Of a stretch of DNA of 64,000 nt, positions 39,115 to 52,313 are shown in pieces. The notes beneath the pieces are model-generated. The model saw only the letters and a program-made list of their open reading frames with translations. It did not search any database and was not told the origin of the DNA. The position numbers were made by a program, and so were the translations under genes. Origin of the DNA: Octopus sinensis (lineage: Eukaryota); contig NC_043017.1 of assembly GCF_006345805.1 (NCBI RefSeq), positions 13,454,001-13,518,000 on the forward strand, written 5' to 3'. Each line of letters opens with the position of its first letter. The first letter of the stretch is position 1.

Positions 39115-39728
39115 TATGTATATATATTGTATATATATATGCATATATATATATATGTATATAGATATGCATATATATATATATATGTGTGTGTGTGTAT
39201 ATATATATATATATACATACATACACACATGCACGCATATACACATATGTATGTATGAGGCGAGGGAGAGACAGACGGAGGGGAGGAGAATGAGCAAGAA
39301 ATTAAAGAGATGTGTTGAGGTAGCTTCTTGCTATCATAGGACCAACCCAAGTTGAGTTCACAATATGGAAGACAGGTTGCCAAGTTGCAAAAGGAAACAA
39401 GCAAAAGAAAAAGAAAAAAAAAAAAAAAAAAAAACAACAACTGGAAGGAAATACGATGATGTTATTTAGTAGTGGTATATAATGGTGGGCAAAAACAGCT
39501 CCATATAAGGGCAGTGTCTAAATTTACCACATTGGATGGAGAAAACAAGACATAAACAAAAAACAAAAAAAAAAAAAAGAGTGAGAATAAACAAATAAAA
39601 TCACATTTATTCGTTCACTGCTGCCGCCGCCGCCACCAACATCCATTGGAAAAATAAATAGAAGAATCACACCCGGCAAAAATAACAGAGAAAGTGATTT
39701 CTATCAACCACTCAGTGTTGTAAGCACA

Positions 39729-39776
<48 letters not shown>

Positions 39777-39995
39777 TGTGTGTATAAATATATATCTTTT
39801 ATCTTTTTCAGTCATTGTAAATATATATATATATATATAACAAATATATATATATAAATATAAATACAAATAGATATATATACATACACACACACACATA
39901 TATATATATACACATTATATGTACATACAAATATATATATATATTATATACATACACACACACACACACACATATATATACATATGTATATATGT

Positions 39996-40030
<35 letters not shown>

Positions 40031-40080
40031 TATATATGTATATATATGCACCACATATACACACGTATATACATATCATT

Positions 40081-40130
<50 letters not shown>

Positions 40131-40320
40131 GAATATATTCTATGGGTATTGAGTACCTTTTCTTCTATTTCATCATTAACATCCATTTTCCATAAATAAA
40201 CATTGTAATGTGTATTTATATATATATATATTATATATATATATATATTATATATATATATATATATACATATGTATGTACACACACACATATACCATAT
40301 ACATATACACAGACACCTGG
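38920..40320. repeat. Compound (TA)n/(CA)n/(TATG)n microsatellite fields
   Basis: Two fields (38920-39250, 39730-40320). Similar fields at 28500-28690, 37760-37895, 58260-58840 and 59690-59910. Confidence 0.9.
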
Positions 40321-41329
40321 AGCATGCATTAAGTACATACAATCATACATTACATAACATCTACACACCATGACCATACACTGTCATTGCACATGACCCC
40401 CCATACAGACACATACACTGACTTCTGCACAGTTTCTATCCACCCAATTTCACTCATAAAATGTTGGTCAAGCTGAAGCCATAACAGAAGTCTGTTGTCC
40501 AAAGTAACACACAGTGGGATCAAATGTAGAGCATAATGGTTGTGGAATGTATTTTGAAAATCACATGGCAATTCCTGTACATTTACTCTATATAATGTAT
40601 TGAGTACTCCCTTTTTTGTTCATGAAACTACTTACAAATATATAGATATATTATTTAGTAAAGGCAGGATTGAAATTTAAGCTACAATAAGTTTCATGCT
40701 CTGATAGTACTTGTATGAGATTGTATAGCATATTGTTTACTATCATGCCATCATTTAGACCCATATCATTATCATCGTTTAACGTCCGTTTTCCATGCTA
40801 GCATGGGTTGGGCAGTTCGACTGGGGTCTGGGAAGCCAGGAGGCTGCACCAGTCTCCAGTCTGATCTGGTAGTGTTTCTACATCTGGATGCCCTTCCTAA
40901 TGCCAACCACTCCATGAGTGTAGTGGGTGCTTTTTACATGCCCCCGGCACAAGTGCCAGGAGAAGCTGGCAGCGGCCACAATCGGTTGGTGCTTTTTACA
41001 TGACACCGGTACGGAAGCCAGTCAGGCGGCGCTGGCATCGCCCATGTTCGGATGGTGCTTTTTACGATATACATATATATATATATCTAAAAGTGAGAAT
41101 GAGTTGGTTGATAAAAATTCTTTATTTGTGTATTAAAGCTACCATTGGTAGCCTTAATACACAAATAAGCTGTCATGTTGCTCTCATTTCTCCTGCCTAC
41201 AAAACATCAGTTAAATATGATTTTATCCAACATATTCCTCTCTCAGATTCACACACTTGTTGTAGCAGTCTTTCAGTTTTTCTAAGCCTTGTAAAAGAAC
41301 TCAGAAGCCAGGAACTTTTCAGCACCCCT

Positions 41330-41377
<48 letters not shown>

Positions 41378-41380
<3 letters not shown>

Positions 41381-41680
41381 AGGCGCAATGGCCAAGTGTT
41401 TAGGGCAGCGGACTCGCGGTCGTAGGATCACGGTTTCGATTCCCAGACCAGGCGTTGTGAGTGTTTATTGAGCGAAAACACCTAAAGCTCCACGAGGCTC
41501 CGGCAGGGGATGGTGGCGATCCCTGCTGTACTCTTTCGCTACAACTTTCTCTCACTCTTTCTTCTGTTGGCCTGCTCGCTTAGCCAGCGGGGTGGCGTCA
41601 TTTGAAGGCTAAAACAATGCGAAGCGCATTGTGACCAGCGATGTGTAGCAACATCTGATAGCCTGGTCGATCACGGTGAT
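41378..41680 (+). mobile_element. SINE family C (tail type 2)
   Basis: C head and body; the tail GAAGGCTAAAACAATGCG...GTGACCAGCGATGTG is shared with 10315-10570. Confidence 0.85.
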
Positions 41681-42075
41681 ATATATATATATATATATAT
41701 ATATACGCACATACACATACACAGTGAGTTGCCAGAGTATTAGAGAGATTGGTTTGTAGTATTTGTTCTAATTCTATGCATACTCTGAGTTCAAATCTCA
41801 CCAAGGTCAACTTATCCTTTCAGGGTCAAAGTCAATAAAGAAAGAGTCTCAGAACAAAAATCCCGAACAGTGGATTGATGGAATTGTAATAGCACCAGAT
41901 AGGATGCCTTGCAGTGTCTGTTCCACTTTGCATTCCAACAACAATTCTCACGACACCAATGATATCAAGATGTATCAGATTTGTCCTTAAAGAATATCAG
42001 TGACATAAGAGCAAAGACTAGCATGAATGGACAGCTACCTACCTGGACAGAACAAAAAAAAAAAAACTTGCCCAT

Positions 42076-42436
42076 AGGCACAAGAGTGGCTGTGTGGTAA
42101 GTAGCTTGCTTACCAGCCACATAGTTCCGGGTTCAGTCCCACTGCGTGGCACCTTGGGCAAGTGTCTTCTACTATAGCCTCGGGCTGACCAAAGCCTTGT
42201 GAGTGGATTTGGTAGACGGAAACTGAAAGAAGCCCGTCATATATATGTATGTATGTATGTATGTGTGTCTGTTTGTCCCCCCAGCATCACGATGCTGGTG
42301 TGTTTACATTCCCGTAACTTAGCAGTTTGGCAAAAGAGACCTACAAAGAATAAGCTCTGGGGTCGGTTTGCTTGATTATAAAGGTGGTGCTTCAGCATGG
42401 CCACAGTCAAATGACTGAAACAAATAAAAGAAAAGA
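42076..42436 (+). mobile_element. SINE family B
   Basis: Family B motifs with small internal deletions. Confidence 0.8.
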
Positions 42437-43386
42437 GTATATCATTTAACATTCCCAGTTTTGTTGATCCCCTAAAAGAAGGGAAATGACAAGCCTGTGG
42501 ATCCTGATTAAAAGGGTACATATCTGATGTGTCCTGATATTTTATATTATGAAAACTAATAAAACACTAATTATTTACTTAATGACATAAAACCCCGACT
42601 ATGACTGATTGTGTGTGTGTGTGTGTGTGTGTGTAAGTGATGTGTTCTCAATATTTATATACATACACACTCACATATACACCAATGTTTAAATATGCAC
42701 ACATACATGCAAACACACACACATGCATACTCATACAGGTATACATGTCTAAAAAGATAAATACTTAGAGAGTATAAATACATTACGGCAGGTTTGCACA
42801 TAAGGTAACACCTAACACAAGGGAACTCAACAAATAACAGATTGTCATAAAATTTACAATAACAACAGAAATTCATTCATTTTTACACCCATTTTCTCAT
42901 GCTAGCATAGGCCACATGAATAGATCATTGAGAGAGGCATAGTTTTACAGCCAGATACCCTTTTTGTCATTGGCCCATACTCGTTTTTCAAGTAAGAGGC
43001 CTCTTATTACATATACACAAAAGGACAGTCGTATCTGGAAAAGTTTTGATCATTGCTTTTGATCATCGATCAAGGTTGACCTAAGGTTAAATAATAGCTC
43101 ATTAACAAATATAGAGGCCAACAAAAAAAAAAAAAGAAAAAGGAATTCATGCTTATCACTTTGTTAGTGACTGGCTTGAATTCTGTGAACTTCAATCTCA
43201 AACACAATATGTACATACACATACATAGACACACAGAAATACATACAAACCCATACAAACACACATATATCTATACTCCTGAGGGATTTGCATATGTAAC
43301 TCAATGTGTCAGCACCAGTTTTGAGAAGCAGGTCTTCACATTATCATAAAGGACACAGCTATGATATTCCAGTTATAAACCATTAA

Positions 43387-43606
43387 CCCTTTCGTTACCA
43401 ACCCGGCTGAAACCGGCTCTGACTCTGAGTATAAATGTCTTGTTTTCATACATTCTGAATTAAAATCTTCCACCAAAACTAAGTCACAATTTATGTTCCT
43501 AACATTAGCTTAATGATAACTAAGATATTTTACTAAATTCTTTGTTATATTTAAAGTGATTGAAAGAAACACAAACCATCTCAAAATAAATACAGTAATG
43601 AAAGGG
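43387..43606 (+). mobile_element. piggyBac-type MITE (family P2)
   Basis: TTAA|CCCTTTCGTTAC...GTAATGAAAGGG|TTAA. Confidence 0.8.
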
Positions 43607-44884
43607 TTAAAGGTACTGTGAAAATATGTAAAACATTTCAATAATAAGGGAATATACATATGCATGTGTACACACACACACAAACGCAGATAAACATGCA
43701 AATCTGTATATGTGCACTTATGTGTGCAGATACATCCAGATGCAAGTAAGTAAATGCACCTCTGTCAATGTTGATTATGGAGGCTCAATTGTTCAATCAA
43801 CCAAACTACCTGCTCATTAGATTAGCATATAAGCGGCTGAGTATTCCACAGACATGTGTATCCTAACCATAACAGGTACAATCCACCCAGTGTGTTTCTG
43901 CATAGTTTTTGTCAACCCAGTTTTATGTACAAGACCTGAGTTAACCCAAGAGTATGATTGTCATTGAGTTTTAGCTCAAGGTCAGTCTTGATTGCGCAGA
44001 CCTAAGATCAAAAGCATTCCACCCACGATCACTCCAACTTTTTCCTGTATGCTGAGAACTGAGGACCACATTATCCAATGCATACTTTTCTTGAAAAAGA
44101 TAGGGTGTGGTTTAAGTAAACTTGGATACGATTGAGCAAACACATAAATGTTTAGAGCGTTGGTGGTATTAAACAGGGTGACATCTTAGGTCTATATGCC
44201 TATAACACATATCTAGAATCACAAAATAACTAAATAGGAAGTAAAAAAAAATTAAAACATAGTAACAAAGGTGCAGCTAGACACCCTAAGAAGATGAAAA
44301 AGATTCCTGGCAACAAAGTATTTGTTAATTCCTTATTAATGGTTTAAAAGGTTTGATTAATTTGTTAGTCAACCCCCAAATTTTCCTTTGACCTGTTTGG
44401 TCCATTTGTCTTTTAACTTTATCAACTCTTTCCAAACTAAGTAATTAACCAATTCTACAACTGTCACATTCTCCATCCTGTATTTCTTTTCCATACTCAT
44501 GCATTTCGAAGACAGTATCAGAGCTTCCACAGTCCATTTTTCTGCTTTTCTTGCAGGATAACACTATATTCTTCATCACTGAAATATACTACATCAGTAA
44601 TACAAAAGCTGTTTATTTTTGCATATCTGAACCAATGCTGCAGATCAATCAGTCGTGACTTTTATTTTTAAAGACTGAAGCCGTCAATGTTGTTGTTTAG
44701 CCCCAGGTCAACCATCACTGAGCAGACCTGTGACCAAAGTCAATTCAACTAAGATCACTCTTATGTATCTAGGACATTCTCTATCTGATATGTTTCCATT
44801 TGTTTTTAAAAACACAAATGGATTTGAGTAAGAAGATTTTGAGGCTATCTTTTGCATATATGCAGGTATATCATTATCACTATC

Positions 44885-44984
44885 NNNNNNNNNNNNNNNN
44901 NNNNNNNNNNNNNNNNNNNNNNNNNNNNNNNNNNNNNNNNNNNNNNNNNNNNNNNNNNNNNNNNNNNNNNNNNNNNNNNNNNNN
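44885..44984. other. Assembly gap (100 N)
   Basis: Exactly 100 N, typical of a placeholder for a gap of unknown size. Confidence 0.98.
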
Positions 44985-45366
44985 TAAAATTCTATTAAAC
45001 AAATTTGCTTTATATAGCAATTTTTGGTCAACAAAATTACAAAAAGAGCAGTGATAGTAAAACTAGAGAAATAATTCAAAATAACTAGCTTAGGTTTTTG
45101 AAAAGTGGTGCATTTATTTTCTGAAAAATGGGACAATGGATGGGAGGATGATTTTTCTGTCAGTTTCAGTTGTCAAGAGTTAATAATGACAATTTGTCTA
45201 TCGTTGATATGCTGACCAATTATGGGAAGTAAGCTAGGAGATTCTTACATTCTCTTGATTTCCTGCAATTCAGATCATCTCATGGTCCCAGCAGACAAAA
45301 TGTAAAAGTGTTTGTTCAATCAAGTGAATTTCCTGTTGATTGAATTAGCATGTAAGTAGCTGAGTG

Positions 45367-45750
45367 TGGAGGCGTAATGGCCCAGTGGTTAGGGCAGCGG
45401 ACTCGCGGTCATAGGATCGCGGTTTCGATTCCCCAGACCAGGCTTGTGAGTGTTTATTGAGCGAAAACACCTAAAAAGCTCCACGAGGCTCCGGCAGGAT
45501 GGTGGTGATCCCTGCTATACTCTTTCACCACAACTTTTCTCTCACTCTTACGTCTGCTTCTGTTGTACCTGTATTTCAAGGGCCGGCCTTGTCACTCTCT
45601 GTGTCACGGGAATATCCCCGAGAACTACGTTAAGGGTACACGTGTCTGTGGAGTGCTCAGCCACTTACACGTTAATTTCATGAGCAGGCTGTTCCATTGA
45701 TTCGGATCAACCGGAACCCTCATCGTCGTAACCGACAGAGTGCTTCCACA
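45367..45750 (+). mobile_element. SINE family C (tail type 1) nested in an older related copy
   Basis: Matches the reverse complement of 16493-16879; the flanks carry a degenerate copy of the same tail. Confidence 0.85.
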
Positions 45751-45926
45751 AGTACCGAGTATTCCACAAACATATGTACCATTAATATAAACCCAGGTGA
45801 AATCCATGTGACATCCATTTGTCTTTTAACTTTAAAGTGAGGCAAGGCCGAGCTTTTGAATAACAAGAACAGTTCATCTGGTATAGTTTAGGTGGCCGAG
45901 TATTCCACAGACACGTGTATCCTTAA

Positions 45927-46114
45927 CCCTTTAGTATCCAGCCCAAATATTCTACTTGTTTTATGTTTAGGCTCACCAAATCCAACATCTCACACTTAAC
46001 CTACATTGTCATTCTAAAAATAAATCATCACATCATTGAAATCTTGAAGCTACAAGATAATGCATGGTTAATTCAAAACCATGCATTTGACAGAGTAATC
46101 TGAAGGCTAAAGGG
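45927..46114 (-). mobile_element. piggyBac-type MITE (P1-related), internally deleted
   Basis: TTAA|CCCTTTAGT...CTAAAGGG|TGAA. Confidence 0.6.
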
Positions 46115-49100
46115 TGAATGTAATCCTCAGGTAGAACCAGCATGGCACACTGTCTCCTCTATAGCAAGACAAATGTTCCTGTCACTCTATTATAGTCTGA
46201 CTTCTTGACTCCAAGCACAAAGACACCCCTCTCAACACTGCAGGGTCTTGTCTTTTGAGGGGTCTTATTATTTGCAGCAGGGGTCTTGTCTTTTGAGTTA
46301 CTCAGTGATCTCACTACTGCTGGTGTCACAAAAAATGTACCCTACATACTCTGTAAAGTGGTTGGCATTAGGAAGGGCATCCAGATGTAGAATCCATGCC
46401 AAAGTTGACATTGAAGATCAACACAGCTCTTGGGATAGTTGGCCCCTGTTGAACCAGCCAACCCATGTCAACATGGAAAATGGATGTTAAATAATTGATG
46501 ACGATGATGACAATTATGAAGAAGATACAATCAATTTGATGGGCTTCCACAGTTTCCACTACTCAATATCTCTCACAAGTTATGGGTCAATCTGAAGGTG
46601 TAGAAAATGACATTTGTCCAAAATGCCATGCAGAGGGAGTGAACCTAGGACCCTGTTGATATGTAAACTTTACCATTTGACCAAACTGTGGCAACCCTGA
46701 ACAATAACTAATATCTTATTTCATAGAAATATCACGTTTTCAAAAAGTGTTCTTTAATAGGCAGATTTTTACAAGAAAAAAGAATAGAACAGAGCAGGTA
46801 TGTGCATGAAAGGTTTCTTAAAGAATACAAGAAAATACACCGAAACAAGAAAATACATATGCAAAACATTTCCAAAAGATCACCAGAAAATGGACCAAAA
46901 GTCAAAACAAATATAAACATATTTACCCATTTGTTACTATATTTCTTTTGAAACACACTTTTTCTCTCAAATAATTTCAAAAATAATGAAGAATATCATA
47001 AAATAAAATCATTATGAAGTTGATGTTTGAAACAAATTAAAATGAAATTTTAAAAGGAAGTTTTAAAACAGGAAGTCCATAAACAGGAAGTACCATAAAA
47101 ACAAAGACAGTCTCAGGTTATCTAAAAGAATAGAAGAAAATGGGCCAAAAGAAGTAGATAGACACATGAAAGGTTTTTCAAAGACATCTTCAATTGCTAT
47201 TAGTGCTTTATGAACAATAGTCATGCTATTTACCAAATGTATTTACAATTACACCAATATTAACATTCATCTTCTCCACCCACTATGTTTAAAAGGGTTG
47301 TGAGGGAACAGCTTTATCAGAAGCAAATGTCATTCCACTTTCCAGCTGGATTCCCAAGTGAGAACATGGATATTAGCCAACCCCGTCTCGTTAATGGCCT
47401 ATTCCTACCTCTGCCCGTTGACTCAGTTTGAAGAATTTATCTTGTAATTCTTTTCTGCAACATTCTAATCATATGTTCATAGTACTGGAGCTGTGACCCC
47501 TTATTGCAGAGAAGTAGTGGCTTGATGTGGAGATATTTCTTGATCTCTGAGCTATGAACCCTTTTGAGTAACATTCCTTATCTTCAAGATCTGATGCAAC
47601 CAGTCATTGGGGTGCCCCTCAGATGCTTTTGTAGTTAGTCTAGCTGTGTGGATATAATGGCCTTTGTACCTTTCAACCACCTCAACTTAAACATGCTGAT
47701 CTGAGCCAATGAGGGGATGCTTCAATATAGTCATTCAACCTGCTAAAACTAGCAGCTGTTTCACCTTCAAATCACATACCATTGTCTTAAAAATAGAAAT
47801 GATACATTGGATAGTGTTCCCTCTCTCTCTTTCGGAGTGGCACAAGCACCTACACGCACAAATACACACACGGCAGTAACTTCCGCCTGCCGAATTCAAT
47901 CACAAAGCTTCGGTCGACTCGGGGCTATAGCGGAAGACTCATACCCAAAGTGCCACGCAGTGGGACTGAACCCGAAACCATGTAGCTAGGAAGCAAGCTC
48001 TCTAACCACACAGCCATGCCCGGTACTAGATAATTCAAAGGGGAGGAATGGCCATAACTGGATTACTTCTGATTAGGGTTGACCTCGGGCCAAACAACTG
48101 CAATAAAACCAACATAATCCTCGTCTCTCTGCTACTCCTTTTAGGTCTCAATCTCTTTAAACCTTACACAAAATATAATCCTCCTCCATCAATCCTTCCT
48201 TCTGAAAACTGCATTCATAAAGAACACACCCACACCCATATATTACCCTTAATTATATCCACCACCCTGCCCACGGCTTCCAACCCAATCTCTGACATTT
48301 AAAAAGTTCAAAGCCAACTAACACAACTATCTTTATTATCTATGTGACAAGAACCCTGAAAAGGAAAGACTATTAAAGAATCCTTTCCACTTCCTCTTAA
48401 GATACAGAATGAAAAAAAAAAAAAAGAAAGATTTCCTTATGATGAAGCATTTAGGGAATTCATTGGAGTATCTTTAAAAATAAGGTTTTCCTTTATTCAC
48501 TATATTCCTATATTTGGGAAGAGGAAGGTGACAAGCTGGCAGAATTGTTAATACTGTCTGTCTTTAATTTCTGAGTTCAAATTCCAACAAAGTCGATTTT
48601 GCCTTTCATCCTTTTGGGGTCAATAAAATAAGTACCAGTTGAACACTGGGGTTGATGTAATTGGCTTACCCCTCCTCCGAAATTGCTGGCCTAGTGCCAA
48701 AGTTTGAAACCAATATTTAAGAGGAGTCATAATTGGGGACTGTTTGGAAAAAGAAAGAAGTAAAATATAGACAAGCAGCAACTGGTGAATGTGTTTATAG
48801 CCTTTATCTGTTATGATTCTTTCCAAATAGAACAATATTGGTTTCAATATAGCAGTTTCAGATAAAAAATTCTTGCAAACCAAATTCAAAACAGAAAGCA
48901 CAAATTTCTGTATCGGGCACAGGCATGGCTGAGTGGTAAGAAGTTTGCTTCTCAACTATATGGTTCCAGGTTCAGTCCCACTCTGTAGCAACCTGGGCAA
49001 GTGTCTTCTACTATAGCCCCAAGCCAATCAAAGCTTTCTGAGTGGATCTGGTAGAAAGAAGCCTGCCATGATAGATCGTTAGCCACTACACACATTTTTG

Positions 49101-49123
49101 TTCTCTCCATGTTTTTTCTGTCC

Positions 49124-49159
49124 CTTTCTGTAGAAGAGCGTAGGCTCGAAACGTAAAAG
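49124..49159 (+). ncRNA. Degenerate minimal hammerhead-like motif
   Basis: CTTT-CTGTAGA-A-GAGC(GTAG)GCTC-GAAA-CG-T-A-AAAG; core A6 is T. Confidence 0.45.
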
Positions 49160-49293
49160 ACTTTTTCTATTCTTGAGCGTTATACTAATACATCTGTTTG
49201 TTTTGTACACCACCTGTCTTCATCTTTTGTTTTTTTCGTAAACTCTCCCCATATATATATAATATATTATATATATATATATAATTTATTTAA

Positions 49294-49513
49294 ACCTTTA
49301 GTGTTCGCATTTCTGCAAAAATTAATGCTTCTTCATCCACATATTGTTTTGAACTAATCATGCATTATCTTGTAGCTATGAGATTTGATGAGGTAGCTGT
49401 TAATTTTTAAAACAATATTGTAGGGTTGGTGTGAGAGACCAGATCTGGCCAGTTTGAACATAAAACAAGCAGAATACTTTTGGCCGGATATGGCCGGTTT
49501 AAACGCTAAAGGG
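49294..49513 (+). mobile_element. piggyBac-type MITE (P1) inserted in a palindrome arm
   Basis: TTAA|ACCTTTAG...CTAAAGGG|TTAA; body matches 2885-3105. Confidence 0.75.
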
Positions 49514-49702
49514 TTAAGCAGTAGAAAATTCAACAAAACCTGTTACTCTGAGTTTCCCGTTGCCGATACGGCAACGGGAAACTCAGAGTAACAGGTTTTG
49601 TTGAATTTTCTGCTGCTTTAAATAAAGCATATTACTCTCACCACTGTTATTTGAGTACTCTTTTTTCCACCTTGTTTCACATTTATGTGTTTACTCTGGT
49701 AT

Positions 49703-49736
<34 letters not shown>

Positions 49737-50180
49737 CCATGTGTGTGTGTGTATGTGTGTGTATTTGTGTCTGTGCTTGTCCCTCCACCCGTTGCTTGAC
49801 AACTGCTATTGGTGTTTTTAGATTCCTGTAACTTAATGGTTTGGCAAAAGGGATCAACAGAATAAGTACCAGGCTTTCAAAAAAATAAATGTGGAAGGTA
49901 GGGCCACCATCCATTTGACTAAAATTCCCCAAGGTGGTACTCCAGCATGGTCACAATCTAATGACTGAAACAAGTAAAGGATAAAGAATGAGAGTATCTG
50001 AGAAAAATAACCCAATAACTTCACAAAACCACATGAATTAAAATATCTTAAATGCTTCGGTTATGATATTCCTGTTGAAATACACTGCCCTTGTTTCAAT
50101 TAATTTTGAAAATATTAAAGAATTTATTAAAGTAATTTTTTATAGATATTTAATCTAGTATTTGGAACATAAATTAACAT

Positions 50181-50347
50181 AAGGCGCAGGAGTGGCTGTG
50201 TGATAAGTAACTTGCTTACCAACCACATGGTTCCGGGTTCTATCCCACTGCGTGGCATCTTGGGCATGTGTCTTCTGCTATAGCCCCGGGCCGACCAATG
50301 CCTTGTGAGTGGATTTGGTAGATGGAAACTGAAAGAAGCCTGTCGTA

Positions 50348-50385
<38 letters not shown>

Positions 50386-50609
50386 TGTGTGTGTATATGT
50401 TTGTGTGTCTGTTTGTCCCCCTAGCATTGCTTGACAACCGATGCTGGTGTGTTTACGTCCCCGTCACTTAGCGGTTCGGCAAAAGAGACCAATAGAATAA
50501 GTACTGGGCTTACAAAAAGAATAAGTCCCGGGGTCGAGTTGCTCGACTAAAGGCAGTGCTCCAGCATGGCCGCAGTCAAATGACTGAAACAAGTAAAAGA
50601 GTAAAGAGT
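50181..50609 (+). mobile_element. SINE family B, full length
   Basis: Family B motifs. Partial copies also occur at about 47820-48020, 48920-49070 and 49735-49990. Confidence 0.88.
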
Positions 50610-51919
50610 AATAAAATTTTGATAGAAGGTTTTAATTTAAACCAACAGGAAGTGTGTATTATAGAGCCAAGGACAATCTCAGATGGATTGGTATCTAAAG
50701 GATTAACAAGAACTTCATACAATACATATGTACATACATATATACACATACATATACATGCATACTATACATACGGTTAAAGAATGGTATTTGTAGTTTC
50801 TGTGGGAACATGGGAAGAACTTTTTATGGAAATATTAGAACTTGGCTTATTTCAACTAAAAAAAATGTACCAAAAAGAAGTATTTAATTATTTCTTCCTT
50901 CTATTCTCAGATTACTTTATCTGATGGGAACTAATGTATTAAGACAACTATGAACCGAAATTAGAAATATACATGGTGTGAAATATCTGTAAAATGTAAA
51001 TGTGTGTGTCTATTAGTCATACAATTATTTGGTTGTTGCTTTACAATAATCCATATTTTACTGTAACTACAAAAAACACATGCGTACTTGTTTGCTAATC
51101 CTTTGTGAAATCAGTGGTTAACCAACAAAGATTTAAGCTCCATGTGGTAAAACTATAGGCCAAGTTTCTATTGTAAGGACAACCTCCTTTTACCCTCCTT
51201 CCTTTCCACTAGTCTCAGAAACCCTGAAAAGGATCATTGCTCTTCCTCATCTGACTAAGTGGTAAAAATATCTGTAAAGTAGATTTTAAATAAATATCTA
51301 TTAAAATTGCTTCAGTCATTAGGACTAGTGTTTCATATGCTTACTATGATCATCAGTGGAAAAGAGAATTTCTATCATTTAATCACCACTGATAGCAGAT
51401 TGGTTTAGTATAAATTTCCAAGGAAAAGACAAAATGAATTACCGTTTTGCATGACAACCTCACTAGTGTCAGTGGCATGCAAAAAGAAAAGCACCGTAAA
51501 GTGGTTGGCATTAGCAAGGGCATCCAGCTGTACAAAGTATACCAAAGCAGAGATTGGAGCACAATGCAGTGCTTGGACCATTTGGAACCTGTAAAACTGT
51601 CCAACCCATGCTAGCATGGAACATGGAGATTAAATAATGATGAACTGATGATGAAAAAATTAAAGTTTTCCAAAGAATAAGGAAATACAAGTGTATTTCT
51701 GAGTTCTTTGAAAGAAATAACAGTTGAAGACTAACACTTTAAATTGCAGGAATGATTATAAATATAGTTATATAATACATACAATGTTATGTATTTTCTA
51801 AATATAATTGACTTACCCTGTCTCTATTGATGACTGTGGAAGAGCACAAAAAGATAAGTCTAATGTCTTCATCATACTAGCCACCATCAATCTGATAATG
51901 GCTTGTAAAAATTATATTT

Positions 51920-52313
51920 AAGGCGTAGGAGTGGCTGTGGTAAGTAGCTTGTTTACTAACCACATGGTTCTGGGTTCAGTCCTACTGTGTGGCACCTTAG
52001 GCAAGTGTCTTCTACTGTGGCCTCGGGCTGACCAAAAGCTTGTGAGTGGATTTGGTAGACGGAAACTGAAAGAAGCCCGTTGTATGTGCATGTGTGTATA
52101 TGTTTGTGTATCTGTGTTTGTCCCCCTCCCCCCCAACATCGCTTGACAACCGATGCTGGTGTGTTTACATCCCCGTAACTTAGTGGTTCGGCAAATGAAA
52201 CCAATAGAATAAGTACTAGGCTTACAAACAATAAGTCCTGGGGTCAATTTGCTTGACTAAAGGTGGTGCTCCAGTATGGCCACAGTCAAATGACTGAAAC
52301 AAGTAAAAGAGTA
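51920..52313 (+). mobile_element. SINE family B
   Basis: Family B motifs. Confidence 0.85.

Noticed and set aside
41378-41450. tRNA-like heads at SINE C/E/B/A 5' ends
   Set aside because: They continue into SINE bodies, so they are not tRNA genes.
44708-45136. ORFs spanning the N run
   Set aside because: Artefacts of the gap.
47053-47095. Three GGAAGT ETS-like motifs
   Set aside because: Short motifs in an A-rich near-repeat with no independent support.
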